Below are positions 8,174 through 16,080 of a stretch of DNA of 38,762 nt, piece after piece. Origin of the DNA: Planctomycetota bacterium (GTDB lineage Bacteria; Planctomycetota; Phycisphaerae; Sedimentisphaerales; Anaerobacaceae); contig JAAYVJ010000109.1 in assembly GCA_012517265.1 (NCBI GenBank), positions 1-38,762 on the forward strand. The letters are read 5' to 3'. The notes beneath the pieces were generated by a model. It had not been told where the DNA came from. It made no database searches and saw only the letters and a program-made list of their open reading frames with translations. Within the stretch, counting starts at the first letter, position 1, and the number at the start of each line of letters is the position of its first letter. Made by a program: the position numbers and the translations under genes.

Positions 8174-9511
8174 ATGGTCCACGAGCGAGAATCCCTGTCG
8201 CCGCTGAAGAGCTTTCTCTTCCCTCACATCTTCCGTTCATTTCGCATGGCAATCCAACCCTCGCGGCTGACGATCGCGTTTGCCGCTCTGCTGGCGATCT
8301 GCCTGGCCGGGTGGATCATGGACCTGAGCCAAACGGTGGTCGTCTTTGCCCAAGATCAAGTGGCACTCCCCGGAGGAATCGCGGGCCGACGGCCTCAAGG
8401 CGGGATCACCGAATTGAACGCCTATCTGCGTTCCCCGGCGCAGTTCCGAAGTCTCGTCGATTCGCCGCCCTCCTCGCACACAAAGACCGGCGTGTTCAAT
8501 GCGCTGGGCGGCTTCGCGGACGCAGAGCTTCAGACCGTAACGACCGCCCTGCTCTCACTGGACATCCGTCAGTTCGTTCGGAGTCTCGTGAACAGCATCC
8601 AGCGGTCCGCCCAGGCCGTGATCTGGGCCTTCACCTACCACACGCTCTATAGCCTGATCTTCTTCGCCGTCGCCCTGGTCGTCCTCTCCGCGGCCGGAGG
8701 GGCGATCTGCCGCCTGACCGCCCTGCAGTTTGCTTCTGGAACACATCAGGGTCTCCCGAATGCATGCCGCTTCGCCAGGAAGAGACTGGCAAGCCTCGTC
8801 GCGGCGCCGGTCGGTCCATTGGTCATCGCGTTCCTCCTGGGTCTTCCGATCCTCCTGCTGGGCGTCATCGGCAACATTCCCGTCGCCGGCGAACTTCTCG
8901 CCGGCTTGCTTCTGCCCCTGGCCCTCCTCCTGGCCCCCTTCATCGCGGTGATCCTCATCGGCGAAGCGGCGGGATTAGGGTTGATGTTCCCCGCCGTCGC
9001 CTACGAGGATTCCGACTTCTTCGACGCGGTCGGGCGGTCTTTCAGCAGCGTCTACGCCAAGCCCTGGAGGCTCGGTTTCTATACTCTCCTGGCCACGGTT
9101 TATGGGGCCGTCTGTCATCTCTTTGTCCGTCTTTTCGCCTGGGTCCTGCTGTGGGTCACAGGGTGGTTCCTCCAACTGGGCCTGAGCGACGCGAAGTCTC
9201 GCGCAATCTGGCCGGGAGCGCATCCCGCCGATGTCATCGGGACCGTCGGTGCGCCGCAGGCATGGTCCCTCTGCGCGGGGGCGTTTCTGGTCCGGATGTG
9301 GACCTTCGCAATCACCGGGCTGACCGTGGCCTTCCTCATCAGCTTCTATTTCACGGCCAATACGGTCATCTACGCGCTCATGCGCCGCCATGTCGACGGG
9401 ACCGAACTCGAGGAGGTATACGAGGTGGCCGATGAAGACTCGCGGCAGGAAGCGGGCCGTGTTGGCATGGCCTCCGCCAGTCCCGAACCGGCGGACGCAA
9501 CGTCCGAATAA
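8174..9511 (+). CDS. polytopic membrane protein of unknown function
   Basis: The ATG at 8174 is preceded by AAAGGAGG. The protein has multiple hydrophobic helices (for example LTIAFAALLAICLAGWIM, LYSLIFFAVALVVLSAAGGAI, LVIAFLLGLPILLLGVIG) and an acidic C-terminal tail. No family was recognised. Confidence 0.6.
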   Translation: MVHERESLSPLKSFLFPHIFRSFRMAIQPSRLTIAFAALLAICLAGWIMDLSQTVVVFAQDQVALPGGIAGRRPQGGITELNAYLRSPAQFRSLVDSPPSSHTKTGVFNALGGFADAELQTVTTALLSLDIRQFVRSLVNSIQRSAQAVIWAFTYHTLYSLIFFAVALVVLSAAGGAICRLTALQFASGTHQGLPNACRFARKRLASLVAAPVGPLVIAFLLGLPILLLGVIGNIPVAGELLAGLLLPLALLLAPFIAVILIGEAAGLGLMFPAVAYEDSDFFDAVGRSFSSVYAKPWRLGFYTLLATVYGAVCHLFVRLFAWVLLWVTGWFLQLGLSDAKSRAIWPGAHPADVIGTVGAPQAWSLCAGAFLVRMWTFAITGLTVAFLISFYFTANTVIYALMRRHVDGTELEEVYEVADEDSRQEAGRVGMASASPEPADATSE

Positions 9512-9647
9512 CCGCACTTCATTCCGCTGCGACTGAACTTGCCCTGGACCTGTGCCGATGATAGGCATAGACCCGTGTGATGGTCTGCTTTGCCACGGGC
9601 CCCGAAACGGCCGTTGATGCGGAAACCAAGTGCGATGCCGGGAGAAT

Positions 9648-11618
9648 ATGTCCGATCCACACGCTGAAACCCACGCACAGCCCGACGAGGGCGGGCGCTC
9701 GGGTCGCGCGCCCTCGCCCGCCGGCTTCCTGCTGACGTTCCGCAAACCGCTGATCATGCTGGCCCATATCGCGGCCTTCGCCGCCTCGCTGATGTTCTCC
9801 TTCCTGGTCACGAACAACATGCAGTTTCGCCGGGACTGGATTGTAAGGCAGTACCCGTTTCTCCTGCTCTTGGCGCTGGTGATCAAACTGCCGGTCTTCG
9901 GGGCCTTCAAACAGTACCGAGGCTGGTGGCGGTATGTGAGCATCTCGGATCTGCTGGGCATCCTGCGGGCCTCGCTGGTCAGCACACTGATCCTGGTGGC
10001 GCTGTGGTTCATCGTCATCCTGCAGGTCCCCGCGGTCCGGCGGGCCCTGCCGCCGGGGATCGCCGCCATCAGTCAGGGCGTGTTCATGGCCGACCTGTTC
10101 TGCACGATCCTCCTGCCGGCGGGGCTGCGAATGATCACCCGCCTGTATCACGAGGAGTTTCGCACCAAGGAAAGCCGCCGGCTGACGCGGTTCCTCATCG
10201 TCGGCGCCGGCAACGCCGGCGAGGGGCTTCTTCGCGAGATTCTCCGCATGCCGGTCACCCGATACGAGACGATCGGACTGATCGACGACGACCCCATCAA
10301 ACAGGGAACCAGCATCCACGGCATCCCCGTCCTGGGCACCGTGCCGGAGCTTCCCCGGATCTGCAGAGAACGCAACATCGAGGAGATCGCCATCGCGATC
10401 CCTTCGGCCACCCGCCAGCAGCTCCGCCGGGTCATCCAGGTCTGCGAGGGCGCCCAAATCCGATTCCGAACCGTCCCCTCGATCACCGACATCGCTTCGG
10501 GCCGACTGCGAGTCTCCGAGATCCGCGACGTGGACATCAACGACCTGCTCGGCCGGGAGGTCGTGCAACTCGACCTGGACCGAATCGAGGCGTTCGCCCG
10601 GGACAAGGTCATCCTGGTCACCGGGGCCGGCGGCTCCATCGGTTCGGAGATGTGCCGCCAGATCTGCCGCTTCACCCCCAAGCTTCTGCTGCTCGTCGAA
10701 CAGGCGGAGAACCCGCTGTTTTACGTGGAGCGGGACCTGCGCCGCGAATTCGCCGACGTGCGGACGAAGCCCCTGATCTGCGACATCACGGATCGGTCCC
10801 GGGTCGAGGCGATCTTCGCGGAGTACGGACCGCACGTAGTCATCCACGCCGCGGCGCACAAGCATGTGCCCCTGATGGAACTCAACCCAAGTGAGGCGGT
10901 CAAGAACAACGTGCTGGGCACGCGGACCGTCGCCGACGCGGCGGACCGGCACCGGGCCACGCACTTCGTCATGATCAGCACGGACAAGGCGGTGAACCCG
11001 ACCAGCATCATGGGTTCGTCCAAACGGATCGCGGAGATGTACATCCAGGACCTGGGCAAGACGAGCAGGACGCAGTTCATCACCGTGCGGTTCGGCAATG
11101 TCCTGGGCTCCGAGGGCTCGGTCGTCCCGATCTTCAAGAAGCAGATCGCCGAAGGCGGGCCGGTCACGGTGACGCATCCCGAGATGAAACGCTACTTCAT
11201 GACCATCCCGGAGGCCAGCCAGCTCGTGCTCCAGGCCGCCAGCATGGGCCAGGGAGGGGAGATCTTCGTCCTGGACATGGGCGATCCGGTCAAGATCGTG
11301 GACCTCGCCAAGGAACTCATCACGCTCAGCGGCTTTCGGCCCGGCGAGGACATCGAGATCGTTTTCACCGGCCCTCGTCCCGGCGAGAAGCTCTTTGAAG
11401 AACTGCGGATCGAAGGCGAAGACATGCAGCGGACCCGCCACCCCAAGATCAGCATCTGGAAGAACATCCCCATGGACCGCACCGCCCTGCGGGCCGGGAT
11501 CGACGATCTCATCGAGCTGGCCTGCCAACCCCACCAGACGCCCGGGGCAATCGCGGCCGGGATCAAGGATCTCGTCCCCGAGTACATAACGACCGTTGCC
11601 GCCGAACCCCGGGCCTGA
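9648..11618 (+). CDS. membrane-anchored polysaccharide biosynthesis nucleotide-sugar 4,6-dehydratase/epimerase (CapD/WbpM/PglF family)
   Basis: The N-terminal half has TM helices followed by a Rossmann-like LIVGAGNAGEGLL. The SDR catalytic domain contains VTGAGGSIGSE, HAAAHKHVPLME and STDKAVNPTSIMGSSKR. The ATG at 9648 follows GGGAGA; a GTG at 9630 is also possible. Confidence 0.9.
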   Translation: MSDPHAETHAQPDEGGRSGRAPSPAGFLLTFRKPLIMLAHIAAFAASLMFSFLVTNNMQFRRDWIVRQYPFLLLLALVIKLPVFGAFKQYRGWWRYVSISDLLGILRASLVSTLILVALWFIVILQVPAVRRALPPGIAAISQGVFMADLFCTILLPAGLRMITRLYHEEFRTKESRRLTRFLIVGAGNAGEGLLREILRMPVTRYETIGLIDDDPIKQGTSIHGIPVLGTVPELPRICRERNIEEIAIAIPSATRQQLRRVIQVCEGAQIRFRTVPSITDIASGRLRVSEIRDVDINDLLGREVVQLDLDRIEAFARDKVILVTGAGGSIGSEMCRQICRFTPKLLLLVEQAENPLFYVERDLRREFADVRTKPLICDITDRSRVEAIFAEYGPHVVIHAAAHKHVPLMELNPSEAVKNNVLGTRTVADAADRHRATHFVMISTDKAVNPTSIMGSSKRIAEMYIQDLGKTSRTQFITVRFGNVLGSEGSVVPIFKKQIAEGGPVTVTHPEMKRYFMTIPEASQLVLQAASMGQGGEIFVLDMGDPVKIVDLAKELITLSGFRPGEDIEIVFTGPRPGEKLFEELRIEGEDMQRTRHPKISIWKNIPMDRTALRAGIDDLIELACQPHQTPGAIAAGIKDLVPEYITTVAAEPRA

Positions 11619-11874
11619 CGTCCCCGGCCATGCACCGGCCGGCCAACACCATCAGATCCCCGCCATCGTCCAGATTATCGCTTTGCGGCCTTTGGCCTGA
11701 ACGCGAACGAAGCGTTCGCTCGCGGACCTGGGTGTTGCGCAGGGGCGTGCAACGCCCCTCCATGCTGGTGGCCCCAATGCGCCAGACTCCCGACGCCCTC
11801 GACGCAAATCGCCGCTGCGCGTCGGGGCGTCGGAATCCGCATCCGTTCGTCGCCGCGATTCCGTGAAGAACCAC

Positions 11875-11900
11875 AAAAAAAGCCGCTCTTGGGAGCGGCT
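11875..11900 (-). terminator. Rho-independent terminator of xerC
   Basis: The minus strand reads AAGCCGCTC-CCAA-GAGCGGCT followed by TTTTTTT. The stem occupies 11881-11900 and the T-tract is the complement of the A-run at 11875-11881. It starts 25 nt after the xerC stop. Confidence 0.65.
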
Positions 11901-11924
11901 TGGGAACTCGGAACTCTCTCGATC

Positions 11925-13010
11925 TCAGTGCTGGTAGCCGTTGCTTGCGGCCGAATCTCCGGGAGCGTAGCTATCCTGTGTCATGTTCTCCCGCGGATGG
12001 GCGTTGTCGTAGACTTCCTTGAGCTTCCTGGTCGTCAGGTGCGTGTAGACCTGGTTGGTCGAGAGCGAGTGGTGGCCCAGCAGCTCCTGGACGCTTCGCA
12101 GATCCGCGCCGTTGTTGAGCATGTGGGTCGCGAAGCTGTGCCGCAGCGTGTGGGGGCTGATCGCGGGATCCAGGCCGGCTTGCTTCAAGTACTTGTCCAT
12201 CTTTCGGCGGACGCTTCGCGTGCTCAGACGCTGCCCGTGCTTGTTCACGAACAGCACCTTGGAATCGAAGTGGCTGTTGCTCTGGGCCCGCCGATTGCGG
12301 TACTCCATGTAGTGTTGAATCGCCTGGAGGGCCGAGGAACTGATCGGAGTGATGCGTTCCTTCTTGCCCTTGCCGCGGATGTGGATCACTTCGCCCAGGA
12401 AGTCGATGTCGTCCATGTTCAGGCCGACCAACTCGCTGACGCGGATGCCGGTGCTGTAGAGCGTTTCGAGGATGGCCCGGTCGCGGGCGCCCAGCCACGA
12501 ATCCGTCGGCGGAGTCTCGAGCAGTCTCTTGACCTCTTCGAACTCCAGGAAGCGAGGCAGCTTCTTCTCCTGCTTGGGAGTGCGGATCGCACTGAGCGGA
12601 TTGGAATCGCGACGGCCGGTCTTGACGACGAACTTGTAGAAGCTCCGCAGCGTCGCCAGCTTGCGGGCGATCGTCGCCTTGGAGTAGCCCTTGTCGTTCA
12701 AGAAGGCCAGGTAGGTCCTCGCCTCGTCCACATCGACGGCCAGCAGCTTCTGATCCACTTCCTGCTCGGTCTGCGTGGCGACCGCGGTGGCGACGCCGCC
12801 GTCCTGGTGCCCCAGATGCGTCAGATCGGAAGAGGAGCTATCCGACGAGGTGTTCAGCAGGAACTCGGAGAATTGGGCCAGGTCGGCACCGTAGCACTTG
12901 GCCGTGTGCTCCGAGAATCGCTTCTCAAACTTCAGGTAGCGAAGGAATTGTTCAACGATCGCACTGCTTTCGTCCATAGTCCACCTGTTTATCTGATCCA
13001 TCGGCATCAT
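11925..13010 (-). CDS. xerC: tyrosine site-specific recombinase XerC/XerD family
   Basis: 361 aa. The N-terminal SAM-like domain has VEQFLRYLKFEKRFSEHTAKCY. The catalytic domain has ARDRAILETLYSTGIRVSE, HTLRHSFATHML and LLGHHSLSTNQVYTH (the R-H-R-Y constellation). A Ser/acidic insertion lies between the two N-domain helices. Confidence 0.9.
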   Translation of the reverse strand: MMPMDQINRWTMDESSAIVEQFLRYLKFEKRFSEHTAKCYGADLAQFSEFLLNTSSDSSSSDLTHLGHQDGGVATAVATQTEQEVDQKLLAVDVDEARTYLAFLNDKGYSKATIARKLATLRSFYKFVVKTGRRDSNPLSAIRTPKQEKKLPRFLEFEEVKRLLETPPTDSWLGARDRAILETLYSTGIRVSELVGLNMDDIDFLGEVIHIRGKGKKERITPISSSALQAIQHYMEYRNRRAQSNSHFDSKVLFVNKHGQRLSTRSVRRKMDKYLKQAGLDPAISPHTLRHSFATHMLNNGADLRSVQELLGHHSLSTNQVYTHLTTRKLKEVYDNAHPRENMTQDSYAPGDSAASNGYQH

Positions 13011-13113
13011 CGACCACCTTTATCCATGACAAGTGACGATTAGTGATTGACTGTTCGCGATCGACAATCCAGGACACACAGCACAGAAATCGCGAAGAGT
13101 AAGTGTTCCATTC

Positions 13114-13350
13114 TCAAGGCGCTGCCCGGACGTCCGACCCCTCCTGCAGGAGTTGCTCTGCACAGCCGATCAGAGACTGCGTCAGCTTGAAACTGATCAC
13201 AGCCGCATCGAACCAGTCGAAGTCCGTTCGCTTGTCCTTCACCTGGTCGATCAAGGCGTCGAGAAGCTCGTCCTCCCGCCCTTGTTCGTAGCGGAAGATG
13301 TACTTCTCCGCGCCCTTGTTGAGCACAAGTTGCCTCTGCGGTCTTTTCAT
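13114..13350 (-). CDS. small hypothetical protein (78 aa)
   Basis: The internal ATG at 13350 gives MKRPQRQLVLNKGAEKYIFRYEQGREDELLDALIDQVKDKRTDFDWFDAAVISFKL..., with a coding-like charged composition and GC-rich third positions. No family was recognised. The upstream 30 codons in the track ORF look non-coding (Arg/Ala-rich). Confidence 0.5.
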   Translation of the reverse strand: MKRPQRQLVLNKGAEKYIFRYEQGREDELLDALIDQVKDKRTDFDWFDAAVISFKLTQSLIGCAEQLLQEGSDVRAAP

Positions 13351-13596
13351 TGAGTACGCCTTACGAGTGACGTTCGCCGCGGAACGCCACGCCTGCGAGG
13401 CTCTTTCGCGACCGCGACAGCCTCGCGGGGCCTCGTCCATCCACGTGCCGAGTGGGCTCCGCGAAACGTTACAACGCTTTTATCGGCCAATGGAACGTCC
13501 GGCTTTACAAAAAGTGGACGTCGGCACGGTCCATATATGCGGTCCTTCAGCGGAGATTGTCACGTGCGAGGACTCCCGTCGCGCCGGCCGAACGAC

Positions 13597-14550
13597 CTAC
13601 GGAGCGTCCGGACGGATGTGAAAATAGGCAACTCCCCCCCGCCGTTCCGAGATGACGGCCCCGGTCTGCTGCAGCCGGGAAACGTACTTGACAGCCTCGT
13701 TTCGGGCGATTCCAAGGCCGCAACAGATGTCCTCGATGGTGCAGGGCCGGCGTTTCAGCACGGAAACGATGTCCGCCTCGGTCCGCATCTCGTGGCGGTC
13801 GGCCGGCCCGGACGGGGCCTCCCCGATCACTTCGCAGACCCCTCCGATTTGTTGTGCGATCCGGTCGAGAACCTCACGCGGAACCGCCACAACATCCGGC
13901 TCGGCCGGGGGGCGGACCGCGGTGTTCAGATGGACCTTGTCGGGCCGGATCCGCTCGATCAACCCCTTGATCCGCTCAACCTGCTCGGCGCCGGTGTTCA
14001 CGCCGGCGATCAGGAACACCTCCAGCCAGATCTGTCCGGAGTACTCCTTGCGGAACTGTTCCATTCCCCAGACCAGTTTTTCGATGGTGATGTCGCGATT
14101 CGGACGGTTCACCGCCTCGAACGTGGCGGCGTCGCCCGCGTCCAGCGACGGGGCAACCACGTCGGCCTTCGCGCATTCGGCCCGCACATCCGCGCGATAG
14201 AGCAGCGTGCCGTTGGTCAGAATCGCCACCGGGATGTCCGTGAGTCGGCGGATCCCGTCGATCAGGTCACCCAGACGGGAGTTGAGCGTCGGCTCGCCCG
14301 AACCGCCCAAGGTGATGAAGTCCGCCTTCAGGCCGGCTTCGATCTTGCCTCGGATCTCGGCCAGGACCGCGTCGATGTCCACGAAGTCCGCCCGCTCCAC
14401 GCTGCTGCGGGTCGTGCGGCCGAGCTGACAATAGACGCAGTCGAGAGTGCAAATCTTGGGCGGCACGATGTCCACGCCCAGACTCATGCCCAGCCTGCGA
14501 GAAGGAACCGGGCCGTAGGTGAACGACGTTTGTTGTTCTTTCTCAGCCAT
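13597..14550 (-). CDS. radical SAM protein with a C-terminal winged-helix-like domain
   Basis: The CX3CX2C cluster motif is CTLDCVYC, within GPVPSRRLGMSLGVDIVPPKICTLDCVYCQLG. A GGSGEPTL glycine-rich SAM motif is present, and the C-terminal roughly 70 aa are helix-turn-helix-like. The start overlaps the kdsA stop by 8 nt. Confidence 0.85.
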   Translation of the reverse strand: MAEKEQQTSFTYGPVPSRRLGMSLGVDIVPPKICTLDCVYCQLGRTTRSSVERADFVDIDAVLAEIRGKIEAGLKADFITLGGSGEPTLNSRLGDLIDGIRRLTDIPVAILTNGTLLYRADVRAECAKADVVAPSLDAGDAATFEAVNRPNRDITIEKLVWGMEQFRKEYSGQIWLEVFLIAGVNTGAEQVERIKGLIERIRPDKVHLNTAVRPPAEPDVVAVPREVLDRIAQQIGGVCEVIGEAPSGPADRHEMRTEADIVSVLKRRPCTIEDICCGLGIARNEAVKYVSRLQQTGAVISERRGGVAYFHIRPDAP

Positions 14551-15385
14551 GGACGATCTCGAAAATGCCCTTGCAGGCGATAACCAGGTCTTCCAGCCAA
14601 TCCAGCGGTATCATGGTCGCCGCGTCGGATAGCCCCTTTTCCGGCTCGGGATGGACCTCCAGGAACAGGCCGTTGACGCCCGCGGCGACCGCCGCCTTCG
14701 CCAGCAGAGGCGCCATCTCGCGACGCCCGCCGCTGGACGAGCCCAGACCACCGGGCTGCTGCGTGCTGTGCGTCGCGTCGAACACCACGGGGCACCCGAA
14801 CTGCTGCATGATCGGGATGCCGGTCATGTCGTTGACCAAGCGGTTGTAGCCGAAGAAGGTCCCCCGCTCGGTCAGAATCACTTTGTCGTTCTTGCACGAA
14901 CGGATCTTGTCGGCGACGTTGCCCATCTCGCTGGGGGAAACGAACTGCCCCTTCTTGACACTGATCGGCCTGCCGGTTTCGGCGCAGGCGACCAGCAGAT
15001 CGGTCTGGCGACACAGAAACGCCGGGATCTGGAGGCAGTCGACCGTCGCGCCGGCCTCGGCCGCCTGGGCCGGCTCGTGGATGTCCGTCATCACAGGCAG
15101 TCCGCTTTCGGCCCGGACCTTCGCCAGAATCCGCATGCCTTCGGTCAGACCCGGGCCGCGGAAGCTCGAATGACTGCTGCGGTTGGCCTTGTCGAAACTG
15201 GCCTTGAACACGATCGGCACACCCGTCCGTTCAGAGATCTGCACCAACCGCGAGGCGATGTCGAGACACAAACGCTCGCTCTCGATCACGCACGGCCCGG
15301 CCATCAGAAAAAGCGGCGCCCCAAGCCCCACCTCCACGTTGCCGATCTGGAAACTCGTCCCTGTCGCCATACCTATTGCTGCCAT
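14543..15385 (-). CDS. kdsA: 3-deoxy-8-phosphooctulonate (KDO-8-P) synthase
   Basis: 280 aa. Contains FKASFDKANRSS, LQIPAFLCRQTDLL, SVKKGQF and VVFDATHS, which are typical KdsA motifs. Confidence 0.95.
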   Translation of the reverse strand: MAAIGMATGTSFQIGNVEVGLGAPLFLMAGPCVIESERLCLDIASRLVQISERTGVPIVFKASFDKANRSSHSSFRGPGLTEGMRILAKVRAESGLPVMTDIHEPAQAAEAGATVDCLQIPAFLCRQTDLLVACAETGRPISVKKGQFVSPSEMGNVADKIRSCKNDKVILTERGTFFGYNRLVNDMTGIPIMQQFGCPVVFDATHSTQQPGGLGSSSGGRREMAPLLAKAAVAAGVNGLFLEVHPEPEKGLSDAATMIPLDWLEDLVIACKGIFEIVHG

Positions 15386-15434
15386 CTCACCTTCTTCAAG
15401 AACACGCGTCCGCCGCTGGAAACGGCGTCAGCAC

Positions 15435-15508
15435 GTAGGGTGGGCTCTTAGCCCACGCGTCAAGATCCGCCGCGAGTCAGGAACGCGCGGGCCAAGAGCC
15501 CACCCTAC
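15435..15508. repeat. REP-like inverted repeat (25-nt arms, 24-nt spacer)
   Basis: Arm 1 is GTAGGGTGGGCTCTTAGCCCACGCG (15435-15459). Arm 2 is CGCGCGGGCCAAGAGCCCACCCTAC (15484-15508). There are two mismatches on the plus strand, and both become G-U pairs in a minus-strand transcript. It lies between the CYTH gene stop and the kdsA start, and the same core occurs at 2388-2407. Confidence 0.7.
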
Positions 15509-15515
15509 ATTTCTG

Positions 15516-16073
15516 TCACAAGTAGATTTCGCGTTGTTTCATCCCCAACTCAGTCAGCCGCTCGCCGATCATGCAGGCGTAGCTGGCCATGATGTGCGGC
15601 GAGCCGGACAATCCGAGCATCGCCTGCACGCGCCAGATCGCGCCCGAGTCCGGCCCTTCGATCTCCACGAACACCCCCACAAGCGGAAGTTCGTCCAGCG
15701 CCACCTCGCAGCCCTGCAACTGCCAGAGACGGCGTCTCTTGTTGAACGCCAGGGCCTTGGCATAGCCGAGCGAGCCCAGGAGCAGGTCCATCGCCTCGGA
15801 GTCACTGACCTCGGTCTCGAGCTCGACGCGTCTTTTGTAGTCGTCCTGCTCCTTCGGGCCTTTGTACGTCAGGATGGACCGGTCCCGCCCGTCTTTTCTG
15901 TCGGACCGCAGACGCAGGGCCTTGTCGGCATGGGTCAGGTCCCGGCCGGGGGTGTCGTAGTAGCGATCCGTCTGGATCGTCTCGCGCAGAAACGATGCGC
16001 CGCACCGGACGAGACTCTCCTCGACCGGCGCCAGCGAATCGACCTTGAGCTTGGCTTCGATCTCCAAATGCAT
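15516..16073 (-). CDS. CYTH-domain protein (class IV adenylate cyclase / triphosphatase family)
   Basis: 185 aa. The N-terminal LEIEAKLKV carries the ExExK CYTH signature, and the fold pattern is CyaB-like (RLRSD..., LTYKGP..., EVALDELPLVGVFVEIE). Confidence 0.85.
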   Translation of the reverse strand: MHLEIEAKLKVDSLAPVEESLVRCGASFLRETIQTDRYYDTPGRDLTHADKALRLRSDRKDGRDRSILTYKGPKEQDDYKRRVELETEVSDSEAMDLLLGSLGYAKALAFNKRRRLWQLQGCEVALDELPLVGVFVEIEGPDSGAIWRVQAMLGLSGSPHIMASYACMIGERLTELGMKQREIYL

Positions 16074-16080
16074 AGGACCG

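Noticed and set aside
9519-11534. 671-aa minus-strand ORF
   Set aside because: It is an antisense shadow of the CapD/PglF-type dehydratase gene.
11889-13043. 384-aa plus-strand ORF
   Set aside because: It is antisense to xerC, whose catalytic motifs are clear on the minus strand.
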